A stretch of DNA of 64,000 nucleotides from Alphaproteobacteria bacterium (GCA_026400845.1 JAPLOH010000053.1:40411-104410); one strand, 5' to 3'. Positions 46,718 to 56,829 are shown, counted from the first letter of the stretch. Notes: generated by a model not told the origin, from the letters alone. Numbers and translations: made by a program.

Positions 46718-48610
46718 TCAGATCGCCACCCGCACCCCGAGCTCCACCACGCGGTCGGATGGGATGCGGAAGAACTCGGTGGCCGAGACCGAGTTGCGGG
46801 CCATCAGCAGGAACAGCCACATCCGCCACATCGACATCTTGGGCGCGGTGGCGGCGACCAGGGTTTCGCGGCCGAGGAAGTAGCTGGCCTGCATCGAGTC
46901 CACCATGACGCCCGTCGCCTCCAGGCCCGCGAGCTCGCGCGGCAGATTTGGGCTTTCCATGAAGCCGTAGCGGATCAGCACGCGGTGGATGCCGGCGGCG
47001 AGCGCGGTGATCTCGGCGCGCTCGGCCGGGCGGACTTCGGGGACGTCGACGGTCTGCACGGTGACGAACAGCACCTGCTCATGCAGCACCTTGTTGTGCT
47101 TGAGATTGTGCAGCAGGGCGCCGGGCACGTAGTCGGGGTTGCCCGTCATGAATACCGCCAGCCCCGGCACTCGGATGGTGCGTGATTGCGGCAGCCGGGC
47201 GAGGAAGGAGGCGAGCGGCAGGCTGTCGGTTTTCCACCGCTCCAGCAGCAGGCCGCGGCCGCTTTTCCAGGTGGTCATCAGCACGAAGATGCTCATGCCC
47301 AGCACCAGCGGCACCCAGCCGCCCTCGAATATCTTGAGGGCGTTGGACGCGAAGAAGGCGATGTCGATCACCATCAACCCGCCGAACACCCCCAGCGCCG
47401 CCATTCGCGACCAATGATAGGTGCGGCGGAAGGCGACGATGGCCAGGATCGAGGTGGCGATGAACGTCCCGGTCACCGCGATTCCGTAGGCGGAGGCCAG
47501 ACTGTCGGAGCTGCGGAACGCGGCGACCAGGAACAGCACGCCGAGCAGCAGCGTCATATTCACCTGTGGAAGATATATCTGGCCCTCCTCGGTGGCGCTG
47601 GTGTGGCGCACGGTGAGGCGGGGCAGGAAGCCCATCTGCATGCATTGCCGCGCCATCGAGTAGGCGCCCGAAATCAGCGCCTGGCTGGCGATCACGGTCG
47701 CGGCGGTGGCGAGGATCACCATCGGCAGCCGCAGCCACTCCGGGCAGAGCAGGAAGAACGGGTTGCTCAGCGTCGCGGGGTCCGACAACACCAACGCGCC
47801 TTGGCCGAAGTAGTTCAGCAGCAGACAGGGCAGCACGAGGACCAGCCAGGCGAGCTGGATTGGCCGGCGGCCGAAATGCCCCATGTCGGCATAGAGTGCC
47901 TCGGCACCGGTGACGGCGAGCACCACCGAGCCCAGCACCAGGAAGGCGAGGAAGCCGTGATGCAGCAGCACCGCCACGGCGTAGGTCGGCGAGATCGCCA
48001 GCAGCACCTCGGGATTCCCCGCGATCGCCCGCAACCCGAGCAGCCCGATGGCGCCGAACCACAGCACCATGATCGGCCCGAACAGCCGCCCGATCGCCGC
48101 CGTGCCGTGGGATTGCACGAGGAACAGGGCCAAAATAATCACCACCGAAAGCGGCAGCACGAACTCCTTGAACGCTGGCGCGGCGATCTCCAGCCCCTCG
48201 ACGGCGGAGAGCACCGAGATCGCGGGCGTGATCATGCCGTCGCCGAAGAACAGCCCGGCGCCGCAAATGCCGATCATCGTCAGCGCCTTGGTCAACCGCG
48301 GGCCGGTGGTGCCGCGCTGGGCCAGCGTCATCAGCGCGAGGATGCCGCCCTCGCCGCGATTGTCGGCGCGCATCACCAGCAGGACGTATTTCACCGTCAC
48401 CACCAGGATCAGCGACCACAGGATGAGCGACAGCACGCCGAGCACGTCGGCGCGGACCATGCCGCCTTCCTTGAAATGTTCGAGACTGGCCTTCAACGCG
48501 TAGAGCGGGCTGGTGCCGATGTCACCGTAGACGACGCCGAGAACACCGAGGAAACCCGCGAGCTTGATGGACGCGGCCGGGGTGGCCGCGTCGGCTGTCG
48601 CCGTGGTCAT
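46718..48610 (-). CDS. kup: potassium uptake transporter Kup
   Basis: Track ORF 46718..48682. The likely start is [11 protein letters not shown] (ATG 48610). [13 protein letters not shown] signature. Full-length KUP-like sequence. Confidence 0.95.
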   Translation of the reverse strand: MTTATADAATPAASIKLAGFLGVLGVVYGDIGTSPLYALKASLEHFKEGGMVRADVLGVLSLILWSLILVVTVKYVLLVMRADNRGEGGILALMTLAQRGTTGPRLTKALTMIGICGAGLFFGDGMITPAISVLSAVEGLEIAAPAFKEFVLPLSVVIILALFLVQSHGTAAIGRLFGPIMVLWFGAIGLLGLRAIAGNPEVLLAISPTYAVAVLLHHGFLAFLVLGSVVLAVTGAEALYADMGHFGRRPIQLAWLVLVLPCLLLNYFGQGALVLSDPATLSNPFFLLCPEWLRLPMVILATAATVIASQALISGAYSMARQCMQMGFLPRLTVRHTSATEEGQIYLPQVNMTLLLGVLFLVAAFRSSDSLASAYGIAVTGTFIATSILAIVAFRRTYHWSRMAALGVFGGLMVIDIAFFASNALKIFEGGWVPLVLGMSIFVLMTTWKSGRGLLLERWKTDSLPLASFLARLPQSRTIRVPGLAVFMTGNPDYVPGALLHNLKHNKVLHEQVLFVTVQTVDVPEVRPAERAEITALAAGIHRVLIRYGFMESPNLPRELAGLEATGVMVDSMQASYFLGRETLVAATAPKMSMWRMWLFLLMARNSVSATEFFRIPSDRVVELGVRVAI

Positions 48611-48733
48611 GCTGTTGCTCCATGTCGCGCCAAAGGGCAGCGCTGGGCGGAGGCCGATACGCTTCGGCCACGAGCCCGGCAAGCGGGCGGCGGCATGGCT
48701 GGTGTTCGCCGGCAGCAGATTACCGCAGGCGGG

Positions 48734-49417
48734 TCAGCCGCGCGTCCCGAATATGGCGGTGCCAACCCGAACATGCGTGGCGCCATGGGCGATCGCGGTC
48801 TCGAAATCGCCGGACATGCCCATCGACACCACCTTCAGCCCATGTCGCGCGGCGCGATCGGCCAGCCAGTCGAAATGCGGCGCCGGATCGTCCTCGGCGG
48901 GGGGGATGCACATCAGCCCGGTGAGTGCGGCGCCGAAGCGCGCCTTGCAATCGGCGATGAAGACGTCCGCATCGCTGCGCCCGACGCCGGATTTCTGGTC
49001 CTCCGCGCCGACGTTCACCTGGATCAGCAGATCAGGCGTGCGGCCTTCGCGGGTGATGGCGTCGGCGATGGCGTCCGCCAGGCGCGGGCGGTCCATGCTT
49101 TCGATCACATCGGCGAGGCGCACCGCGTCGCGCGCCTTGTTGGTTTGCAGCCCGCCGATGATGTGCAATCGCATGGCGGGGTAGCCGGCGCGCAGATCGG
49201 GGAATTTCGCCGCGGCCTCCTGCACCCGATTCTCGCCGAACTGAATTTGCCCGGCATCCAGCGCGGCGAGCACCGCCTCGGCTGGATGCATCTTGGAGAC
49301 CGCGACCAGGGTGATGTCTTCCGCCCGCCGCCCGGCACGGCTGGCGGCATCGGCGATGCGGTCCTGGATGCGGCGCAAATTGCCGGCGACCGCACTATAT
49401 ATATTGTCCATGGGCAT
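48734..49417 (-). CDS. yggS: YggS family pyridoxal-phosphate homeostasis protein
   Basis: Track ORF 48734..49795. The likely start is MPMDNIYSAVAGNL (ATG 49417 or 49411). VAVSKMHP (PLP Lys) and GMSGDFETAI motifs. Confidence 0.85.
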   Translation of the reverse strand: MPMDNIYSAVAGNLRRIQDRIADAASRAGRRAEDITLVAVSKMHPAEAVLAALDAGQIQFGENRVQEAAAKFPDLRAGYPAMRLHIIGGLQTNKARDAVRLADVIESMDRPRLADAIADAITREGRTPDLLIQVNVGAEDQKSGVGRSDADVFIADCKARFGAALTGLMCIPPAEDDPAPHFDWLADRAARHGLKVVSMGMSGDFETAIAHGATHVRVGTAIFGTRG

Positions 49418-49438
49418 CCGCTCTCGGCCGGAGGATCG

Positions 49439-50035
49439 ATGGACCACAAACTTGTCGCATGGGCGCGCGCGGTCAAGTCCGCCGGACGGGGGGCGGGGCG
49501 GATTCCGCCGCTGTGGCTGTTCACCGATGCATCCCGCCTGCCGGATCCCGCCGCTTCGGTGGCCCGCCTTCCCGCAGGGCTGTGCGGTGTGGTGTTCCGC
49601 CATGACGGCGATCCTGATCGGGCCGCCCTCGGGCGCCGCCTCGCCGCCATCTGCCGCCGCCGCCGCCTCGCTTTGGTGGTGGCCGGCGACTGGCGGCTTG
49701 CGGCTGCGCTCGGCGCCGGCCGGCATCTGCGGGGCGGGCGCGGCGGGGGGGGGGCCAGTGGCGGGCGGGACGGGTTGACCACGAGTTCGGCCCACTCGGC
49801 GGCGGACCTGGTCCGGGCGCGGCGGGCGGGCGTGCAGATTGCGTTTCTCTCACCGGCCTTCGCCACGGCCAGCCATCCCGGGGCCGCCGGCCTCGGCCCG
49901 CCGCGGTGGTGCGGCCTGGCGCGTCTTCATGCGCGCGGGATGGCGGTGGCGGCACTGGGCGGGGTCGACGGGCGAACGGTGCGGCGCCTTGTGTTCTGCC
50001 GCGCCGTGGGGGCGATCGCGGCGCTGGCCCAATAA
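49439..50035 (+). CDS. thiamine-phosphate synthase family (ThiE/TenI-like) protein
   Basis: Last 198 aa of the spurious 949-aa track ORF. ATG 49439 (MDHKLVAWARAV), after ggagga. SAHSAADL...FLSPAFATASHPG...ALGGV resembles the ThiE fold family. Confidence 0.6.
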   Translation: MDHKLVAWARAVKSAGRGAGRIPPLWLFTDASRLPDPAASVARLPAGLCGVVFRHDGDPDRAALGRRLAAICRRRRLALVVAGDWRLAAALGAGRHLRGGRGGGGASGGRDGLTTSSAHSAADLVRARRAGVQIAFLSPAFATASHPGAAGLGPPRWCGLARLHARGMAVAALGGVDGRTVRRLVFCRAVGAIAALAQ

Positions 50036-50078
50036 AAAACTGGCCCAGGAAATGAACTGAGTGCATGAAAAATTTCGC

Positions 50079-50107
50079 TTGCAAAAAACATCAGAGTCAT
50101 TTATAAC
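50079..50107 (+). promoter_or_regulatory. sigma70-like promoter (TTGCAA - 17 nt - TATAAC)
   Basis: ttgcaa at 50079-50084, a 17-nt spacer, and tataac at 50102-50107, inside a locally AT-rich patch of a GC-rich genome. An aaggag box and ATG 50141 lie downstream. Confidence 0.45.
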
Positions 50108-50140
50108 GTCAGTTGAGCCTCAAGGAGTGACCGAAACCCG

Positions 50141-50872
50141 ATGCCCCGCCCGACCGTCCCCGCCCCGCAGCCCACCAACGGCATGGCCGCCCTCATCGGC
50201 GAAATGCTGGCGGCACTGCTGTACGCCCTGTTCGGGCTGGCGCTGCGCCGCGCCGCCCGGCGGGCGGCGGCCCTGGAGGGGACGCTCACCCCGGTGCTGG
50301 AGGCCGAGGCGGCGGCCGGCTGCGAAACGGAGCCCTATGTTGAATGGATCGCCGTGCCCGCGCCGTGGCGCAACGGGAAACTCCTGCGCCCCTGGCACGC
50401 CCGCGCGCTCAGCATCCCCTTGCCCTGCCGCTTCCGCCGTCGCGGCGCCTTCGGCCGCGGCCCTCCCGCGCGCGCCCTCACCTCAGGTCGTCAGCAAACC
50501 GGCACGGAACAGGCCCCGTGCGCGGGGCACTTCGCGCGCCCACTCGCCGGCTGTTCGGCCTCGGCCGAAGGCCGGCTGTTCGACCTCGGCCGAAGGCCGG
50601 CTGTTCGGCCTCGCCCGAAGATGGGTTCCGCGGGACGGCCGGCAGAGCGGGTCGCGCGGGATGTCGAGCCGGTGACTGTGTCAAATCCGCCACAGTGTTT
50701 CGGAAATGCCATGCGACCCCGCTTTGAGCAATTGCGGGTTGCGGCAAACCCATTCAATACTCTCGACAGGTCCGGCTGCCCCACCCGTTGCGGGAGTTTT
50801 CGTCGCAGTTCATCGCGGCGGCTCACGTGGGAACGGGGCGGGGCCTGGAAACAAGGAGGATTGAATGCGTAA
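50141..50872 (+). CDS. hypothetical protein (one predicted TM helix; the C-terminal two-thirds are of doubtful coding quality)
   Basis: 243-aa ORF. The first ~100 codons have strongly GC-rich third positions (MPRPTVPAPQPTNGMAALIGEMLAALLYALFGLAL...). Coding signal then fades. The frame runs through a 3 x 25-bp tandem repeat and ends overlapping the porin start. Confidence 0.3.
   Translation: MPRPTVPAPQPTNGMAALIGEMLAALLYALFGLALRRAARRAAALEGTLTPVLEAEAAAGCETEPYVEWIAVPAPWRNGKLLRPWHARALSIPLPCRFRRRGAFGRGPPARALTSGRQQTGTEQAPCAGHFARPLAGCSASAEGRLFDLGRRPAVRPRPKMGSAGRPAERVARDVEPVTVSNPPQCFGNAMRPRFEQLRVAANPFNTLDRSGCPTRCGSFRRSSSRRLTWERGGAWKQGGLNA
50546..50620. repeat. 3 x 25-bp tandem direct repeat
   Basis: gccggctgttcggcctcggccgaag / gccggctgttcgacctcggccgaag / gccggctgttcggcctcgcccgaag. 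Each unit holds a small cggcc-gaa-ggccg hairpin. Confidence 0.85.
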
Positions 50873-52193
50873 TTATCTTCTCGCCTCGGCGGCCCTGCTG
50901 GGCCTCGTGGCCGCGAACACCGCCCAGGCGGCGACGTTCGCGACGACCGACCCCTCGCGTAACGCGTCGGCCTTCGGCACGACGCAGACCAGCCCGGATC
51001 CCGGCAAGATTATCGTCCACATGGGCGGTTTTGTTTCGGTGAGCGTTGGTATTGTCAACAACAATTCCGACAAGTCGTCGACCACCGCCGCGAAGCACCA
51101 GCCCTATGGCCTCGCCACTTACATGCGCCTGTACTTCGGCATGGATGGCAAGCTCAGCAATGGCATGATGTACGGTGCGAAGACTGAGATGCGCACCAAC
51201 CAGCAGGCCACCCCGGGCAACCCGTCTGCCAACTCGACCGCGGCGACTTTGTATACCCGCCGCGCATACATGTATGTCGCTGGTGACAACTGGGGTCTCG
51301 TCCGCATGGGCGTGACCGACGGCCCGCTCTCGTTGCTCGCTGGCTCGTCGATCACCACGGGTGAAGCCTACGACACCGGCCACTGGGACGGTGACGTGTG
51401 CGACTTCGTCGCGAACTGCCTGAGCTGGGTGTTCCCGGTCGTCGGCAACGAGTATGACTCGGCCAAGATCACCTACATGACCCCGAAGATGAACGGCTTC
51501 CAGGCCGGCATCAGCTTCGCGCCGTCCTCCGTGTCGACCAACGCCGGCGCCGATAACTTGGCTTCTACCGGTTTGTCGGCTCGTCAGTCGGTTTCGACCA
51601 TTGGAAGCGACACGACACGTCCGCGTAACTACTTCGAAGTTGCCGCCAAGTACACCGGCAACCTCGGCCCGGTCGCTCTCGACACCTGGGCTGGCTACTG
51701 GGGTTCGGGCGTCGTCGGTGCCGCCACTCCCGCGGCTCTCCCGGCCGGCGTCACCAAGGTCAATGGCCTCGCCATCGGCTACTGGGGCTTGTCGCTCACC
51801 TACCAGGGCTTCTCGGTGTTCGGCACGGTCACTGGTGGCAACACCAACGGTCAGGCCGGCACGACACGCGTCAGCCTCGCCAGCGGCCGTTCCAAGCAGC
51901 AGCAGGCCGGCATCGTCGGCGTGCAGTACTCCTCCGGCCCGTACACGGTCGGCACGGCGTACTACCAGGTCGAACGTCAGGGCTCCAACGGCGGCACGGG
52001 CAACCGGGTCGAGCGCGGCTTCGACATCGGCGGCACCTACAACGTCGTGTCCGGCCTGGACTTCTTCCTGGGCTACACCTACGGCACGATCCACCAGAAC
52101 GGCGTGAACTTTGTTGACGCTGCTGGCCCGGTCACGGCCAACAACAAGGCTTCGACGAACGCTCTCGTCGGCACCATGCTGGTTCGCTGGTAA
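50865..52193 (+). CDS. outer-membrane porin
   Basis: 442 aa. Signal peptide MRNYLLASAALLGLVAANTAQA. Alternating beta-strand pattern. C-terminal aromatic residue (…TMLVRW). aaggagga RBS. Confidence 0.8.
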   Translation: MRNYLLASAALLGLVAANTAQAATFATTDPSRNASAFGTTQTSPDPGKIIVHMGGFVSVSVGIVNNNSDKSSTTAAKHQPYGLATYMRLYFGMDGKLSNGMMYGAKTEMRTNQQATPGNPSANSTAATLYTRRAYMYVAGDNWGLVRMGVTDGPLSLLAGSSITTGEAYDTGHWDGDVCDFVANCLSWVFPVVGNEYDSAKITYMTPKMNGFQAGISFAPSSVSTNAGADNLASTGLSARQSVSTIGSDTTRPRNYFEVAAKYTGNLGPVALDTWAGYWGSGVVGAATPAALPAGVTKVNGLAIGYWGLSLTYQGFSVFGTVTGGNTNGQAGTTRVSLASGRSKQQQAGIVGVQYSSGPYTVGTAYYQVERQGSNGGTGNRVERGFDIGGTYNVVSGLDFFLGYTYGTIHQNGVNFVDAAGPVTANNKASTNALVGTMLVRW

Positions 52194-52222
52194 GCTACGT
52201 CTACGACTTGACTTCGACTGGG

Positions 52223-52252
52223 AACGGCGGGGCATCAGCCCCGCCGTTTTCC
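52223..52252 (+). terminator. rho-independent terminator of the porin gene
   Basis: aacggcggggc-atca-gccccgccgtt followed by a T-rich tail (ttttcc), 30 nt after the stop. Confidence 0.75.
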
Positions 52253-52312
52253 GTTTGGCCCAACCGGCGTCGCCGCTCGAGGTGATGGCAGAGGGGACCG
52301 TGCCGCGGCCGG

Positions 52313-53665
52313 CTACCCTCCGGCAACCCGGGTGCGCGTGCGCATGGTGACGAATTCCTCGGCCGCGGTGGGGTGGATGCCCACCGTGCGGTCGAAATCG
52401 GCCTTGGTGGCGCCGGCGTTGATGGCGATTGAGAGGCCCTGGAGGATCTCCGGGGCGTCCTCGCCCAGCATGTGTGCGCCGACGACCTTCTGGCTCGCCT
52501 GATCCACCACGAGTTTCATGATCGTCTTGCGAACGCGGCCCGACAGCGTGTGACGCATCGGGGTGAATTTCGCGACGTAGATGTCGGCCGGCCCGTTCTT
52601 GGCGGCCTCGGCCTCGGTGAGGCCGACGGTGCCGATGGGCGGCGAGGAGAACACGGCGGTGGCGACGCGGTCGAGGTCCCACAGGCGGGGGCCGGGGCCG
52701 TAGAGCCGGTCGGCCAGCGAATGGCCCTCGGCGATGGCGACCGGGGTGAGGTTCAGCCGATCGGTGACGTCGCCGATGGCGTAGATGTTGGGGGCCGAGG
52801 TCTGGCTCTGCCCATCCACCACCACGGCGCCGAAGCCGTTGGTTTCGACGCCGGCGGTTGTGAGGCCCAGGCCTTCGGTATGGGCGCGCCGGCCGAGGGC
52901 GGAGAACACGAGGTCCGCGTCGATCATGGTGCCGTTGACGAGGTGGACACGCTTCGTCTCGCCGATCGCCTCCACGCTCGCCACCGTGGTGGCATGGTGC
53001 AGCGTGATGCCCTGCGTCTTCATCGCCTCGGCAAGGCCCTCGCGCATATCCTCGTCGAAGCCGCGGAGCGGCAGGTCTTGGCGGAACACGAGGTCCACCT
53101 TGGCGCCGAGACCGGCGAAGATGCCGGCGAATTCGACCGCGATGTAGCCGGCGCCGAGGATCACGACGCGCTCGGGCAATTCGGGCAGGTAGAAGGCGTC
53201 ATCGGAGACGATGCCATGCTCGGCGCCGGGGAAGGCCGGGTGCACCGGGCGGCCGCCGGCGGCGATGACGATGCGCTCGGCCGTGACCTTCTGCCCGCCG
53301 ACATCGAGCGTATGGGCGTCGATGAAGGTGGCCCGCGCCTCGAAGCTGGTGCAGCCCGACATCAGGCGCTTATAGGCGCCGTTGAGCCGCTCGATCTCCT
53401 TGTTCTTGGCGGCGATCAGGCGTGGCCAGTCATGCCGGCCAGGCGCTACGTCCCAGCCGAAGCCGGCGCTGTCGGCGGCGGCGGCACCGTATTCGGCGGC
53501 CATGACGAGGAGTTTCTTGGGCACGCAGCCGATATTAACGCAGGTGCCGCCCCAGAAGCGCTCCTCCGCCACGCCCACCTTGGCGCCGTGGCCGGCCGCC
53601 ATGCGGGCGAAGCGCACGCCGCCGGAGCCGCCACCGATGACGAAGACGTCGAAGTCGTAGCTCAT
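52313..53665 (-). CDS. gor: glutathione-disulfide reductase
   Basis: 450 aa. FDVFVIGGGSGG FAD motif and redox-active GGTCVNIGCVPKK. Confidence 0.9.
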   Translation of the reverse strand: MSYDFDVFVIGGGSGGVRFARMAAGHGAKVGVAEERFWGGTCVNIGCVPKKLLVMAAEYGAAAADSAGFGWDVAPGRHDWPRLIAAKNKEIERLNGAYKRLMSGCTSFEARATFIDAHTLDVGGQKVTAERIVIAAGGRPVHPAFPGAEHGIVSDDAFYLPELPERVVILGAGYIAVEFAGIFAGLGAKVDLVFRQDLPLRGFDEDMREGLAEAMKTQGITLHHATTVASVEAIGETKRVHLVNGTMIDADLVFSALGRRAHTEGLGLTTAGVETNGFGAVVVDGQSQTSAPNIYAIGDVTDRLNLTPVAIAEGHSLADRLYGPGPRLWDLDRVATAVFSSPPIGTVGLTEAEAAKNGPADIYVAKFTPMRHTLSGRVRKTIMKLVVDQASQKVVGAHMLGEDAPEILQGLSIAINAGATKADFDRTVGIHPTAAEEFVTMRTRTRVAGG

Positions 53666-55140
53666 GTGCCGATGCCACCGAGCGCGAGGTATTTCACCTC
53701 GAGATACTCATCGATGCCCTGGTGCGAGCCCTCGCGGCCGAGGCCGGAGGATTTCACCCCGCCGAAGGGCGCCACCTCGGTGGAGATGATGCCCTCGTTG
53801 ATGCCGACCATGCCGTATTCCAGGGCCTCGGCGACACGGAAGATGCGCCCGACGTCCTTGGCGTAGAAATAGGAGGCCAGCCCGAACTCGGTATCGTTGG
53901 CCAGCGCGATGGCCTCTTCCTCGGTATGGAACCGGAAAAGCGGCGCCACCGGGCCGAAGGTTTCCTCGCGGAAGATCATCGCGTCTACAGGCACGTTGGC
54001 GAGCAGGGTCGGCTCGAAGAAATTGCCGCCCTGGGCGTGGCGCTTGCCGCCGGTGACGATGCTGGCGCCGCGGGCGAGCGCGTCGGCGATGTGCTCCTCC
54101 ACCTTGGCCACCGCCTCCGCGTTGATCAGGGGCCCCTGGGTCACCCCCGGCTCCATGCCGTTGCCGACCTTGAGCGCCTCGACGGCGATCTTCAGTTTGG
54201 CGGCGAAGGCGTCGTACACCGCGTCCTGCACCAGGATGCGGTTGGCGCAGACGCAGGTCTGCCCGGTGTTGCGATACTTGCTGGCCATGGCGCCCAGCAC
54301 GGCCTGGTCGAGATCGGCGTCATCGAACACGATGAAGGGGGCGTTGCCGCCGAGTTCCATCGAGGTCTTCTTGATGGTGGGGGCACATTGCGCGAGCAGT
54401 TTGGCGCCGACCTCGGTGGAGCCGGTGAAGGTGAGTTTTCGCACCTTTGGGTTGGAGGTGAGTTCGCCACCAACTTCGCCCGACGGGCCGGTGATGACGT
54501 TGCAGACACCGGCCGGCATGCCGGCCCGCTCGGCCAGCACCGCGATGGCGAGCGCCGAGAAGGGGGTTTGCGAGGCCGGGCGGATCACCCCGGTGCAGCC
54601 TGCGGCCCAGCCCGGGCCGGTTTTGCGGGTGATCATCGCGGCCGGGAAATTCCACGGCGTGATGGCGGCGAACACGCCGATCGGTTCCTTCTGCACGATG
54701 ATGCGGCGGCCCTTGGCGTTCTGCGGGATGGTGTCGCCGTAGACCCGCTTGGCCTCTTCGGCGAACCATTCGAGGAAACTGGCGGCATAGGCGATCTCGC
54801 CCTTGCTCTCCGCCAGCGGCTTGCCCTGCTCGGCCGTCATGATCACCGCGAGGTCATCCGTATTGGCGATCATCAGGTCGAACAGGCGGCGCAGGATTGC
54901 CGAGCGCTCCTTGGCCAGCATCGCCCGCCAGCCCTTCTGGGCGGCAAAGGCGGCATCGATGGCGCGGCGGGTCTCGGCGGTGCCGAGGGCGGGCACCTCG
55001 CCGATGATCTCCGCCGTCGCCGGATTGCGCACCGCGATGGTTCGCCCGGAATCGGCCTGCACCCATTTGCCGTCGATGTAGTTGGCCTGACGGAAGAGCG
55101 TCGGGTCCTTGAGAGGAAGGGGCGTGACGGGGTTGAGCAT
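53662..55140 (-). CDS. gabD: NAD(P)-dependent succinate-semialdehyde dehydrogenase
   Basis: Track ORF 53662..55275. The likely start is MLNPVTPLPLKDP (ATG 55140). Aldehyde dehydrogenase motifs (ELGGNAP, catalytic Cys in GQTCVCANR). GabD-like. Confidence 0.9.
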   Translation of the reverse strand: MLNPVTPLPLKDPTLFRQANYIDGKWVQADSGRTIAVRNPATAEIIGEVPALGTAETRRAIDAAFAAQKGWRAMLAKERSAILRRLFDLMIANTDDLAVIMTAEQGKPLAESKGEIAYAASFLEWFAEEAKRVYGDTIPQNAKGRRIIVQKEPIGVFAAITPWNFPAAMITRKTGPGWAAGCTGVIRPASQTPFSALAIAVLAERAGMPAGVCNVITGPSGEVGGELTSNPKVRKLTFTGSTEVGAKLLAQCAPTIKKTSMELGGNAPFIVFDDADLDQAVLGAMASKYRNTGQTCVCANRILVQDAVYDAFAAKLKIAVEALKVGNGMEPGVTQGPLINAEAVAKVEEHIADALARGASIVTGGKRHAQGGNFFEPTLLANVPVDAMIFREETFGPVAPLFRFHTEEEAIALANDTEFGLASYFYAKDVGRIFRVAEALEYGMVGINEGIISTEVAPFGGVKSSGLGREGSHQGIDEYLEVKYLALGGIGT

Positions 55141-55468
55141 GGCGGGGTCTCCCGGTTGCGATGCGGCCTGACGGGTAGAGATAGGAGCGATCGCGCTGGT
55201 TGTCAGGTAGGGCAAAAACTGTCTTGCCTGAGGTAACACACCAATTGCGCAGGAAACGGACCGCGCAAGTCCCACTCCTCGTCAGTCAGGTCGCTCGAAC
55301 AGCGCTGCTTGGTGCGGTCATAGCGGCCACGGTTGTCGTTCGTCCGAATTGTCGGGCTCCTGTGAATCGGCTTCGCAGATAGCGAATCACAAGCGATTCC
55401 TTCGATTCAAACTGTTTCCAGATGGACACGAAGGCCCCAATGGGTGCGGGCAGAGTCCGTCCCTTGCC

Positions 55469-56767
55469 TTAAACCGGCCGCGTCCCGCACCACTCCGCGA
55501 TGAACGCCGCGATCGCCAGGGTGTTCTTCTTCAGGCTCGGCAGATGGGCCGCCTCGTCATAGGCGTGGGCGCCTTTGCCGGTGGGGCCGTAGCAGATGCC
55601 GGGGATGCCGTAGTAGAGCCCGTACATCCGGCTATCCGCCACGCCCGTGCTGCTGTGCTCCTTCAGCGGTTCGCCATAGACCTGAAGATGGGTCTGGCGC
55701 AGCACCGCCTCGGCGTCGCTGCCGGGCTCCAGGATGTAGCCGTCGGCCTGGAAGCCGTTCCAGATCACCTCGGGCGGGCTGTTGGCCATGAAGGGGTCGT
55801 TCTTCGCGGCATTCGCGACCGTGTTGAGGATTTGCTGGCGGGCGGTGGCGAGGTCGGTGCCCGGGAGCAGGCCGATGCGGCAATCCACTTCGCACCAGGC
55901 AGGCGTCGAGCTGCCCCAGTCGCCGCCGCGGATCACGCCGGGGTTGAAGTTCACGGGGTGGTTGACGTGCTTGAACCAGGGATGGGTCTTGGCGTCCTCG
56001 TTGATGCGCTCGGTCAGCGCGTAGATGTCGTTGAGCAGCCGGTAGGCGGACATGATGGCGTTGGTGCCGGTGCCGGCCACCGCGACGTGCACGGGCACGC
56101 CGCGCACCCGCAGGCGGAACCACATGACGCCGACATAGGCGCGGCTGAGCTGGCCGCCGGTCGGCTCCGGCACCAGGGCGCAATCGGCGCGATAGCCGCG
56201 GGCGAGGGTGGAGAGGGCGCCATTCCCGGTGCATTCCTCCTCGGTGACAGTCTGCACGTAGACGTCGGCGGCGGGTGCGAGCCCGGCGGTGCGCAGTGCG
56301 TCCATCGCCCATACCATGGCGGAAACACCCTGCTTCATGTCATGGGCGCCGCGGCCATTCATCCACTCCCCGGTGATCACGGGATCGAACGGCTTGTGCG
56401 TCCACATATCGGTGGGGCCCTCCGGCACCACGTCGACATGGCCTTGCAGGATCAGCGAGCGGCCGTTCTGCCCACTTGTGTCAGAGGGTGGCGCGCGCAC
56501 GGTGGCGACCACCTGGGCGGCCTGATTGTAGTCAGTGTCCAGGACCGGGGAGAAACCGGGGAGGTGGGACATATCCACCTCGGCGAGCGTGTAGCGATCG
56601 ACGCTCCAGCCGCGGCCGGCGAATTCGCGAGCGATCCAGTCTTGGCAGGGGCCTTCCTTGCCGCGCCGCGAGGGAAAGCGCACGAGGTTCTGCAGCCAGG
56701 CGACCTGCATGTTCCAGTTCTGCTCGACGGCTTTTTCGAGGGCGGCGAGGGTGGCGGCGTCGGGCAT
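55469..56767 (-). CDS. ArgE/DapE family M20 metallopeptidase (deacylase)
   Basis: 432 aa. M20 pattern (LILQGHVDVVP ... GRGAHDMKQG ... TEEECTGNG). Confidence 0.85.
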   Translation of the reverse strand: MPDAATLAALEKAVEQNWNMQVAWLQNLVRFPSRRGKEGPCQDWIAREFAGRGWSVDRYTLAEVDMSHLPGFSPVLDTDYNQAAQVVATVRAPPSDTSGQNGRSLILQGHVDVVPEGPTDMWTHKPFDPVITGEWMNGRGAHDMKQGVSAMVWAMDALRTAGLAPAADVYVQTVTEEECTGNGALSTLARGYRADCALVPEPTGGQLSRAYVGVMWFRLRVRGVPVHVAVAGTGTNAIMSAYRLLNDIYALTERINEDAKTHPWFKHVNHPVNFNPGVIRGGDWGSSTPAWCEVDCRIGLLPGTDLATARQQILNTVANAAKNDPFMANSPPEVIWNGFQADGYILEPGSDAEAVLRQTHLQVYGEPLKEHSSTGVADSRMYGLYYGIPGICYGPTGKGAHAYDEAAHLPSLKKNTLAIAAFIAEWCGTRPV

Positions 56768-56829
56768 CGGGTATTCTCCGTGTCGGGCGGCCAGTTTTAC
56801 GCTGCCCGCCCAAGCACGGGAAGGGGCGG

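Noticed and set aside
47186-50035. 949-aa plus-strand ORF, the longest plus-strand ORF in this region of the track
   Set aside because: It runs antisense to kup and yggS, both of which have unmistakable family signatures. Its translation is Arg/Gly/His/Pro-rich low-complexity sequence typical of off-frame ORFs in GC-rich DNA. Only its last 198 codons (from ATG 49439) look like a real ThiE-like gene.
50546-50620. Tandem 25-bp repeats considered as a mini CRISPR array
   Set aside because: The three units abut directly with no spacers. The units are short, and no cas genes or leader-like sequence are nearby. It is a simple tandem repeat.
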